64,000 nucleotides of DNA from NCBI GenBank assembly GCA_964247055.1, contig OZ176057.1, forward strand, positions 6,138,001 through 6,202,000. Direction: 5' to 3'. The notes beneath the pieces are model-generated. The model made no database searches, was not told the origin of the DNA, and was given only the letters and a program-made list of their open reading frames with translations. The position numbers were made by a program, and so were the translations under genes. This stretch comes from Paragordius varius (lineage: Eukaryota > Animalia > Nematomorpha). This document shows, one piece after another, positions 1-10,800 of this stretch (its first letter is position 1; each line of letters opens with the position of its first letter).

Positions 1-340
1 TTATTTTTTATTTTAAATTTTAAATCAATATCAACTTCATGATTAAGCAAGTTAATCTTTATTAATTCCCTAAAATTATTTGGAATTTATAAGATTTTAA
101 CGACTAATTATATATAAGTTTCTGGTTTATTATTACAATTTTTCATTGAAAACATGTTAAGTTATAATTTTGTTGGATTGGAAAAAATTATTTCATTAAA
201 AAAGTGGTTTTTGAATAAATTATTTTTTTTAAATGAATAAATATATAATAAATAAACAGAATTAGGTTAAAAATTAATAAAATAAAACCTACATCCAAAA
301 ATTATGGTTAATACAAAATTTAAAAATTTTAAGGATTAAC

Positions 341-445
341 TTGAGGTGTTTAAGGACCAACTTGAAGTGTTTAAGGACCGAAGTGTTAAAGGACCAACTT
401 AAAGTGTAACAACTTAGAGTGTCTAAAGAACTTAAAACGTTTATG
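341..445. repeat. Degenerate 21-bp tandem repeat AACTTGAAGTGTTTAAGGACC
   Basis: About 5 decaying monomers, plus one inverted monomer at 19298-19320. Confidence 0.75.
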
Positions 446-904
446 GACACTCTGAATAATTTATTTATCACACAAGTCATAAATCAATATTGCAAATATT
501 TTTTAGATGAATTTTTTTAAACTATGTTATTGCTTTCACGGTTCCATTTAGGGTATCATAGTGTTCCATGCTCATTTTTGCTTCATTTTTTGTATCAAGC
601 TACTGATTTCAGTACTAAACGGTTTTTGCAAATCAAAATCATTATTAAAGTCCATTTAGCAGTTTATTTTATTATAAAACTTGATCACGAGAGATGCCTG
701 AAGTCGTATTATGCGTTAACATACATTCTTTCATTTCAAATTATGTTGCTAATAATCGGCTTTGATATTAAACTTTATTTTATGTAAAAAAATATAACTA
801 ACCTATAAAATTTTGAAACTATGGCAGAAATTTAGCAATATTCCAAAAAATTTACTTAGATATAAAATTTACCTTAATATAAAACCAAATTGCTTTTGCC
901 CTAG

Positions 905-1663
905 GTACAGGTTATCAGCCAGTCCCCTCAAGCAGTCCAGGAGGTAGTACGACGACCCCAGAATTAAACACGCCACCTAATGAATCTCGTGATTCCGATG
1001 ATGAAAAAAAGCGTAAAAAAGGAAGCAGTCATCACAAATCAAAGAGTAGAGGCGATGATAAGGGAACCTCCAAAAAAAGCTCAAAACATGACATTGATGG
1101 TATGGATTTATATGGAATTTGTGTTCATCTAAAATCTTAGTAGATTTATTTTACATGCTGTGTTTGCTAGTCCAATAAGAATATATGTCTGTATAAAGGG
1201 TTTTTTTGTAAGTTTCAATAAAATTTTTGAATAAAATAAAATTTTTGTAAGGAGAGTTTTTACGAAAGTTACAATTCATGGTTAAAAGGATCTGAAATTG
1301 GTATCTTTTATGTTAAAAAGTTTCGTCACTATTCCCTTGCTTTGCAACATACTATGATGGATACTAATTAGACTGATTAACAATATAATTTACCCTAAAT
1401 CATTTACATATTTAGTAGACAAAAAAGCCAAGAAAAAAGAAAGTGGCATTAAAATTAGTGCATCAGGGACAACAGACAAAAAATCAAGTAAAACGAAAGA
1501 TTTGACAAAATCCTCGTCGTCTGGAACCAAAAAAGATAAAAAAACCTCTAAAAGTGGAAAACGGGATGAATCACAATCTCCGGCACCCGCAAGTGATTCC
1601 AAAGACAAACAAAAGAAAAAAGATAAAGCCTCGCCTGATAATAAGAAGAAGGGCAAAAAATAG
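905..1663 (+). CDS. 3' exons (905-1099, 1416-1663) of a gene encoding a basic Lys/Ser-rich low-complexity region; product unknown
   Basis: cctag|GT acceptor, G|gtatgg donor and tttag(tag) acceptor. Open frame TGYQPVPSSSPGG...KKRKKGSSHHKSKS...KKAKKKESG...DNKKKGKK*. The paralog keeps the frame through several indels. Confidence 0.8.
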
Positions 1664-2130
1664 TGTTTTAACTTTGTTTTTAGGACCGGTCTAGTCCTTA
1701 AGATTTGATTGGAACTTGTAATTTTTAAGCGTTTACTTCATGCATATATCTATCAATTCAAAAGAATTATGTTAAAATAAAGGCCATTTTATACGCATAT
1801 GATATTTGTAAACTAATGTTTTATTAGTTGTTAAGATTATCACAAACCTTAAAAACTTTTATTGTTTTGATATATTAAACAGCTATTTGAGTATCAAATC
1901 ATATTTTACAATATTACTATGATCTTATATTATATGGACACTAAAATTTTTTTGCCAAAGAATTGAATGTAAATATTAACTAGAATTGTTACCCAAATAT
2001 AACACTTTTGCAATTTATTCATAATATTTTAATAAATGATATATTGATTTATATAAACTATATAATAGCACAAAAAAGCTAAGAAATTTATAATTTTGGT
2101 GTGTTTGAAAAAAATAAAAAATAAAATAAA

Positions 2131-5100
2131 TTATTTTGAGCAATGTTTTTCGTGGATGTAAGGACCAACACAGCTGGCATACGACATGGCGTGATTTATG
2201 TAATGTTGTTCAAACGTTCCACTAAACAAATGAGCATTCCGTCCTAAGCAATATCGTATTCGAATATAAGTACAGTAAAAAGTTAAATTATACGGACAGA
2301 CAAAACGTAAAACATATGTATGTCTTTTTTTAAAAGACAACCATACTTTTTAAATTTTGATTTTTTGAAATATAAATCTGTTTAAAATTGCAAAAAACAA
2401 ATAAGGTAATCCCTTAGTAAACAACGACAGACATTATGAAACTTTAAATTATAAGGACAAACTTAAATACACTATGGTCAAGTTTATATTACTGGAAAGC
2501 TATAAATTATTGCCAAATAGCATATGTAGCAAAGAGAATTATTTGATAGTAAAAAGTAAAAAAATAACTATAAGCCAATAATACTGCCCTTTGTTGTATA
2601 TGTTATTTAGCAACAAAGTCAAATAGTTTTTTTAACAATATCTTTTTTTAGAACTGATTGTTTAAAGTGATATTTAAATGATAAATATTTTTTTACATAT
2701 TTTTATATAATAAACTAATGTTAAAAGTATGGTGTTTTTCGAATAAAAATTGTCATTACATTTTTACCTTTTACCCGCATAATTTCAATTTTGCTTTATA
2801 TCTATGTAACTCAACGATCTAAATAAGTTTTAAAAAAATTTAATAAATATTTTTATATTTTTTTCCTAAAACACTTTTATAGAAATGTTTAAATGAAAAT
2901 TTTGTTTTATAAATACCTATTGCATATACAGGCACATCTTCGCCTCCATGACTTTCCTCACTTAAAGGTATAGCAGCTTGAGCTTGATAATCGGGATCAT
3001 CTGATAAAAATTTATTAATACTAAATTTAATAAAGTTTATATTCCTACAAAGTAAAATTCGACATATATTTTAGTGAAAATTTGAATTTTGTGATCTTTT
3101 TACGTTCAAAGATTATTAGTTATTAAAATTTATGTTTAAAATAATTTCCATTATGTTGAAGTACCAATTTATACTTTGTTTTACCAAAAGACAACCATAT
3201 TAAATCTTAAAACTGTGTAATAACTCTTTTAGTATGTTTTGCCCTCTGAAATATAAATTTTATAAAAATTGTAACAGCAAAAATTAAAATTATAAAAATC
3301 AATCATAAATGCTAAAAGACAATTAATTTTAGCCATACTTTTCTAACCCTCAATTTTATGATTAAGAAATATAGAAATGTATATTAGTGGCACAATCAAT
3401 TACAGTGTGCATTTAAAAGATCGAAAAAAAAGAAAGAAATAATTGTTTATTCAACATTTAGTTACACTATTGTGGATATTGCCCCCAACTATAGAGCTGT
3501 GAAATAAGCAAGCATCATAATGCATACTGTATTTATTTACATTTTATTTACGTTATATTATCATAAAAAACTCTTTGTAAGAAACATATGTGTTTTTAGG
3601 TTTTGTCTTTATAACTTACAATTATTTTTTTTTCAAATTAAATTTTAAGATTGAAATAAAGAATGTTGTATTATTATGGCAGTTACAAAACAACTTCATA
3701 GATGTAAAAAACCAATTTTTGTGTTTCTAACATCGGGCCTTTGGTTATATATTTTAGTGTTTAGCCCGCCAGGTCCGTTCCCATACGTTAGCGGTGTATA
3801 AGGCATATCATCTACATCCGATAATTCAAATTCCCGCGTTAGATATTCTCGGTTTAAACCTAAAATTTAAGGTATTAAAAAAGCATGTCCTGTGAAAAGT
3901 CAATTTAAGGTTCTTTGTTAGGAAATATTATAATAAAACATTTTAATATGTTAAAAACAGCAAATATTACATATTTATTAGAAGGATTAAATAACCAAAT
4001 ATTATAAGTATTCCATTCCGTTCCAAAAAAATTAAAAAAAAGAAAGGACTGATCTCATCAAAATCGGTTCTGGTTCCAATGCCTGAATATGTATTTATTC
4101 TTTTTCATTAAACATGTGATTATATAGTACAGGGTATATAAAGCAAAATTTTTAATAAATACTAACCAAAAATAGGGTTTCCCCTTAACGGATAGCCCCC
4201 AAGATTAAACACGTGTGAATGGTCAGCTGTTACTATAATTAACGTTTCAGATTCATCAGCTGTCTTATTTTCTTCATCCAGATCAGCTGATTTTTGAGTT
4301 CGATCCACGAGGTAAGAAACAACTTTTTCCAACTCTAGCGTTTCTTCCAAAGCTAGTCTGGCCTTCCCTTCATGATGTGCGTGATCTATGCGACTTCCTG
4401 GTAGTTTAAAATAAGATTGAAACTTTTAAATAAAGTTATACAAACAAAAAGACAAATAATTATTTAAAAGACAACAACCATACTTTTTACAACTTTTATT
4501 CTATATAAACTATTTTTTAATTAACTATGAAATATATTGTGTTAATTATCAACCTATTTCATAATTTGCGCATTTAAAGCAGTATAGCGATCTTGACCTA
4601 TTTATCCTTTGAATAATAGCCAAAATTTCAAGGAGTCGAATTGAAAAAATTGCTAAAAATAATTTTATTTTGGCTAACTTATTGTATATGGAAAATAATA
4701 GTATTTTTTTGATTTTATAGCTAATTTATTTTAAATTACAAAATAGATATAATAATTAAGAACGAAAAGGGCTAAAAATAATAAATGCTCCTATTTCAAA
4801 CCCAAGCAAATTAATTTTTTGTTTTGGTTCCTATTGTTTTTTGCTAATATGTGTTGATAATTTGTATTGTAATGATTATTTAATAAGTCACAGTTTGGTG
4901 TACACTATTACTTGAACAATTAAAATAAACCATTAAATAAAAAAATATTTAAAAATAAAACAATCAATATATTTTAAAAAAACAAAAGTTATATTTTCAG
5001 ATATACGGTTTAAATTTTTAAAATTAAATGAAAATTATCGATATATCATATATACCTTCGACCAATAAAAAATATCCGGCGTCGTCTTTGTTGGATAAAA

Positions 5101-5196
5101 TGTCAACTGCTTTGGTGACCATTTCAAGCAAAGTCGGTTCAGAACTACTCGCCTCTTTTTTCGATACGTAACTCATGAGATCGTGGGCAAACAAGC
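2131..5196 (-). CDS. ALP: Alkaline phosphatase, five 3' exons only (5056-5196, 4167-4397, 3713-3859, 2917-3000, 2131-2243); 5' half not found
   Basis: All four introns are GT-AG, phase 1, and join into one open frame: GLFAHDLMSY...YFLLVEG-SRIDHAHHEG...TLIIVTADHSHVF...GYPLRGNPIFG...PYTPLTYGNGPG...YQAQAAIPLSEESHGGEDVPVYAIG...EQHYINHAMSYASCVG...HC. These are metazoan ALP metal-binding motifs. Confidence 0.9.
2332..2739. mobile_element. MITE-like insertion in the last ALP intron (copies 37907-38314, 43627-44034; paralog 62297-62729)
   Basis: Imperfect terminal inverted repeats AAAAGACAACCATACTTTT / AAAAGTATGGTGTTTTT. The same motif recurs at ~3186, ~3331, ~4466 and as a pair at 60781/60926. Confidence 0.5.
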
Positions 5197-5899
5197 CTGT
5201 GTTACAGTGAGGGGGAATATTACAAATATTTTGCACAGTTAATAATATACCCTCCTCAAATTTTCAAAAGCATCTATGCACACGTCAACCTAAATTAAAT
5301 TTATAATTTAATATACTGTGCAAGTTTGTAAGCCAAAATCAGCGATTTGCTCAACAATATTTTAGCATAATTGGTGTTTCTGGCAAATTATATATCCCAC
5401 ATCTTAGGAATAATTTAAAATTTTGAAGTAAAATGACATGATATCCATTTATTATGTATTTGATAATAGAATTTCCAAATATTTTTTCATTATTAAGAAG
5501 GCTAAGATTTCCGTGGAATAACTTTGAATTGACAATGACATCGGTATAATCGGAGTGATAACCAGATGAATTAAATGAACTTGTGCGTTCCATGTGCAAA
5601 ATTTAATATATCATATTTATGCAGGCAATACATTAATTATATAGCACCCCATATAAAATATATTAGCATATTCCAACCAATTCCGCTGATTTAATAGTTA
5701 AAGAGAGCATATAACATAGAATTGAGCTAATAAAGAAAATCAAAATTAATTAAAAAGAAGATCTAAGGACAAGCTTAAGTGTTTACAGAATTGTCAGTTT
5801 ATGTAATTTGCAATTTGGAAAACCAGAGTACATATAATATGGATTTATTGAGTGGTTTGAGCACCTATGATTGCAATCAGAAAAATATTTATATGTAAA

Positions 5900-6335
5900 T
5901 GCTGATTGAAAAACCTAATTTGAAGGCTTTAGGCCTTCTTCTCCAATGGCAACCAGGGATGGGGACGTGAATCAAGACTATCAACCATGGATTGTTACGC
6001 GAATCAAGGAACGAACCGAAGGGATCTTTTATGAGGTAAATCTATCATTTAGGTGTGATCTCCGCGGGAAAAGCGTACATTACGGAATCTAGAAGCCCTG
6101 GACAGATCAAATGCTGGGGATTTGGGACTGGACGATTGATGGAGCGACACAGGAAGAGGAACCTACTAATTGCGAGGTAATCTTAATTTTTAGGTCTGGG
6201 TGGACTTTGGCACATTGGGGAGGAGAGATCTGTTGGGATGAAGCTCTTGGGAATGTCCAGATGGGGAGAAGGCAAATCGTGCCTGGAGCTGATGGATGGC
6301 AAGACGCACTCAAGTATCTCATTGGGGATGATTGC
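5900..6335. other. GC-richer relic segment of unknown origin (decayed gene or TE fragment); copies 22082-22517, 40031-40466, paralog ~59430-59870
   Basis: Sharp GC rise and several overlapping 60-128 aa ORFs, none of which stays intact in the paralog. Confidence 0.5.
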
Positions 6336-6336
6336 A

Positions 6337-6535
6337 CAACAAACTCTCATTATACTTGTGGAGAGTTTTTGGGCCAAATGACTCTCTAATGGGAGGAATA
6401 AATCCTCCTTTACAAGGGTGGGGAAAATGAGCTCGTTTGAAAGAGTTTTTTTCCTTACTTGTGTTAAGGAGCATTTATTTCTCCCATTAGAGAGTTGGCG
6501 CAAAAACTCTCCACAAGTATAATGAGAGTTTGTTG
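6337..6535. repeat. ~200-bp foldback inverted repeat (copies 22519-22717, ~59227-59425)
   Basis: 6337-6371 is the perfect reverse complement of 6501-6535 (35 bp). Pairing continues imperfectly inward to an apex near 6439. Confidence 0.93.
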
Positions 6536-6545
6536 CAGGCCCGCA

Positions 6546-6606
6546 AGTCCAAAATTGTATTTTGAGCACTCTTACTCCCGGACGCTCAAAATAAAATTTT
6601 GGACTT
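6546..6606. repeat. Second hairpin, ~22-bp arms
   Basis: agtccaaaattgtattttgagc ... gctcaaaataaaattttggact. Confidence 0.88.
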
Positions 6607-6638
6607 AGAATATTTTTTAATTTTTTTTCTCGCCCTTT

Positions 6639-6652
6639 GGGGGGGGGGGGGG
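6639..6652 (+). repeat. Poly-G tract (G14; G14 at 22821-22834; C17 at 59107-59123)
   Basis: Read directly. Confidence 0.97.
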
Positions 6653-6992
6653 TTATATATATTTATTTATATTTTTTAATTTTTTTTTAATCAAAAAATC
6701 ATAATAAAATCAGGATTATTTATTAACAAATATTATTATTTAATATTAAAAATATCATTCTTGTCTAGTCTTGAGTTATTCTTGATTTTCTGTCAATTTG
6801 TTATATCCAGTTTTTGTATCATTTTTGAATATTCATTTATCGTTGTTGAGATTATTTAGATAGTTTCAGAATCTATAAAATTGTTTTTATTTATTTATAA
6901 AAAATATTCATTTTCTTTGATATAGTATCTTGTCTAGTTAGCTCTCATGATTTTGGGTCAATTCATCATTTTAATTAATTTCATATATTATT

Positions 6993-8410
6993 AATACTTT
7001 AATCCTAAATAACAAAAGAATTATATGAAATTTATCCTAAAAAATTTAAAGTTTTAAAGAAATTAGCTGTTTATGTCAGAGGTTTTTGCGATAATAGCGG
7101 AAAAATTAGCGTTAAAAATGTTTGTGATAAAGTTCGAACTTAAAACCTGAAACAACCAATACATTAATAAATTTACCGACTTTTTTAAGAACTTTACCCT
7201 AACTTAAACCTCGAAACCCTAAATGTAGTTAAAAAGAGTTTTTTAAAAAAATCAAAAACCTTAATAAAGAGAGGCTATTTTTGTGAGAAGAGAAAAGTCA
7301 GAAAAAATAGAAAATGACCTGCTCCCTATTTCAAAGTAATGGCTATCATTAAAAAAAGGAAATTCAGAGATTTAGTTAGGTTATATAAATTTATAAATGA
7401 ACCAACTCCAATCCCTCTCCCTAACTCTAGCCCACAAACTCAAAACCCTTAAAGTGGTTTAAACCGAGATCGATAAAAATTTTACTCAAAAACCGAAATA
7501 TAAACTTAAAATCTCAAAATAGGTTTTAGAGATAAATATTGAGGTTTTTAAAACCAGCTGTATTTGAATAAAGATATCAGTAATATAATCTGTTAAAAAA
7601 AACTCTGGTTTTCAAACAAAATAGAGTCTTTTATTATTATAGATAAAATAATTAACAAAAAAAATAGGTCAGAAATTATAAAAAATGAGAATAATGTGCT
7701 CCCTATTTTATAATTATGAATATCATTTAAACCAATCTGCAAAATTCTGAGACAAAGATTTAATTTAAAAAGAAACCGAGGAAGTCCTGCGGACTTCTTT
7801 AAGAAAATGAACCAACTCCAACCCCTCACCCTAACCCTAGCCCAGAAACTCGAAAAACCTTATAGTTCTTTAAACCTAAATCAATAAATTTTGCTCAAAA
7901 ACCATAATAACAGCTTTAAAGGGTCATAAGAAATGAGATAAAGATTTACTCACAAGTATTAGCGGTAATAGGTTAGAGTTTAACATTGACGTTTTGTAAA
8001 TTTAAATTTTAAACCAGCTTAAACGACTCATATTACACCAAAAACACGTGATACTTTAATCCTAATAAAAAGAATTGTATGAAATTTATCCTAAAAAATA
8101 AAAAGTTTCAAAGAAATCAGCTGTCTATGTCAGAGGTTTTTGCGTAAATACCTCAAACAACCAATATATAAATTAATTTGCGGACTTCTTTAAGAACCTG
8201 ACCCTAACTTAAAACTAGAAACCATAAATGTAGTTAAAAAAGAGTTTTCTAAAAATTTTATTCAAATATAATCAAGAGAGCATTTTTTTGTTAGAAGAGA
8301 AAAGTCAAAAAAAAGGTTATATAAATTTATAGAATAGAAATGCGCTCCAATCCCTCACCCTAACCCTAGCCCACAAACTCGAAACCCTTAAAGTGCTTTA
8401 AACCTGATTA
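6993..8410. repeat. Degenerate direct repeats of a ~0.4-0.5 kb element carrying CCCTCACCCTAACCCTAGCCC-type motifs (copies 23175-24592, 57349-58766)
   Basis: 6993-7460 aligns with 8051-8410 (period ~1.06 kb), and there is a partial third copy at ~7680-7880. Confidence 0.85.
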
Positions 8411-8429
8411 ATTAAAACATCTGATTCTT

Positions 8430-8660
8430 AAAAACAAATAATAATTAAAAACAACAGATTTATTAAAACAACTGATTTATAAAAACAACTGATTGATATA
8501 AACAAACGATAAATTAAAACAAACGATAAATAAAAACAACTGAAGAACTGATTAATGATAAATAATCATTTAAATACAAATAATTAATAAACACAAATAA
8601 TAAAACTTATTAATTAAAACAACTGATTAATTAAAACAACTGATTAATACAACAGATTTA
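8430..8660. repeat. Short degenerate array of the 17-bp AAAAACAACTGATTAAT repeat
   Basis: Same monomer as 10801-12172. Confidence 0.8.
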
Positions 8661-9999
8661 TCTGAATAATAAGGAAAAAATAAAAAATATTTATACAATT
8701 GGTTATTAATAACGTAAAAAGTAACTAAAAATATATACGTAAATAGTTTAATTGGTATGGCAGCAATGAAGTGGATACTATATTGTTTCCTAAAAATAAA
8801 ATAAAATATAAAGTCAAAACAAATAATCACATAAAAATAAATATCTTGAAACTATTAAATAATTATAGGTATCAAATTCAAAAAACAGCTGATCAAGAAA
8901 AATGGTTATTTAAAAAAATTTATAAAGTTTGTTATAAAAAAGTGATATTTTGTTATTTTGCGGTAAAAATTAAAGGAACAATATTATATATCTTAATAAA
9001 AATAACTAATTTGTTTTAAATCAAAAATTTATTATAAATAGTTAATTTATTAAAAAAATGATTAATTAAATCAATTATATTATTATATATGCAATAATTC
9101 AGCAAAAATTATATAAATTTATTATAATATTTCGATTACTACAGGTAATCTTTGTCAAACGTAAAAATAAAATTAAATTCTTTAATTAAAGAGCATTAAA
9201 ATCGACTCATCAATTTTATTAAAAAAAGTAGTTATTTTGAGAAAAAAATGTAAAGTTGAAAAACTAGTAAAAAAATCTGTTCTAAAATTTAATCTAAATA
9301 TAATTAATTACCAAGTTCATCCATAATATTCAATTACGCTTTTTCAATAGACTTCGTTTACGTTTCGGGCTGCTGATTACATAAACAACACATTCTACAG
9401 TAAATTAAAGAAAAATGTAATAATTAAGGATTAAATATTATGTTACAATAATAAATAAAAAAAATTTACAAACGATAGAAAATTTATATTCTACATACTC
9501 TACATATTCTTTTTAAAAAAATTTCAACTATCTTTAGAATATCTCAAGTTAACCAATTGAAAACAACTGTAAGATAAAACCAATTATTACAAACTGATTA
9601 AAAACAACTAATAAACAGGTGATAAATGCTAATTACATAAAAAAAGTTGATTATGATAATATGGATTTATACAGAATTTATAAAACAAAACAATTGGATT
9701 AACAAAAATACTTAAATAATATTCAAAATTTATCAACAAAATATAAAATAATAATTACCCAATTCCCAAAACATTCCAGGTATTTCTACATCAGTTTTGT
9801 TGAAGTCAGTCCTGCGTACTTCTGTAAGACATCACACATTCTAAACAAAAAAAATAGTATGTTACAATATATTGAGATTAATATTATAAAAATGCTATTT
9901 AAAATGGCTAGCTAATTGGTTAAAATAATAAAATTTATAAAAAAAAAGGTGGCATATGTTTGCAGAAAAACAATTTTGCGGTTTTAAAAAAGTTTGCCA

Positions 10000-10790
10000 T
10001 TTTTTAAAGAATTTCAGCGCATTTTTGATTTAAAAAGAATATTTACGCTTTTTAAACAATATTGAAAGTTTTTAGAGAGCTTTAGTGGTTTTTAGAAAAC
10101 TTTTAGGGATTTTAAATTTTTTAGCAATTTTAAGAGAATTTCAAGCGCATTTGTTTGATTTAAAAGGAATTTTAGCTATATTTTAAAAATTTTAGCATTT
10201 TAAGAAAGTTTTAGCGGTTTTAAGGAAGTTTTATCATTACATTGTTATCCGGTTATTAAATTGTAACCGGTTTTTAGAATATTTCTAAAGAAGTAGACTT
10301 TTAGCTGGTTGGAGCGTTTTTAGAAAGTTTAAGCGGTTTTAGAAAATTTTAGCGGTTTTTAGAGAATTTCAAACGCATTTTTTATTTAAAAGGAATTTTA
10401 GCGGTTTTTAGAAAGTTTTAGAGGTTTTTAAGAAATTTTAGCAATTTTTAGAGAATTTCAAACTTTTTTGATTTAAAAGGAATTTTAGCGGTTTTTATAA
10501 GGTTTTAGCGGTTTTTATAAGGTTTTAGCGGTTTTTATAAGGTTTTAGCGGTTTTTATAAGGTTTTAGCGGTTTTTATAAAATTTTAGCGGTTTTTAGGA
10601 AATTTTAGCGATTTTAAGAGAATTAAACGCATTATTTTGAGTTAAAAGGAATTTTAGCGATATTTTAAAAATTTTAGCCATTTTTAGGATGTTTTAGCGG
10701 TTTTAAAGAGAGTTTTAGCGGTTTTTTAATTCGGTTTTTAATATAACTTTTTAGATAGTTTTGGCGGTTTTTAGATAAACTTATAATTAT
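10000..10790. repeat. Degenerate ~20-bp minisatellite TTTTAGCGGTTTTTATAAGG (copies 26182-26972, 54969-55759)
   Basis: Four perfect monomers near 10484-10563, flanked by variants. Confidence 0.9.
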
Positions 10791-10800
10791 AATCAACATA

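Noticed and set aside
1390-1656. Minus-strand 88-aa ORF (also 36965, 44710, 63396)
   Set aside because: It is the antisense shadow of the Lys-rich exon, which has the splice sites and the conserved frame.
4245-4259. Hammerhead-like CTGATGA...GAAA on the minus strand
   Set aside because: The 4 nt between the motifs (ATCT) cannot form stem II, and the sequence is ALP coding (ADESE).
6183-6569. 128-aa ORF as a real gene
   Set aside because: It is half made of the foldback repeat, has no recognisable domain, and its downstream continuation is frameshifted in the paralog.
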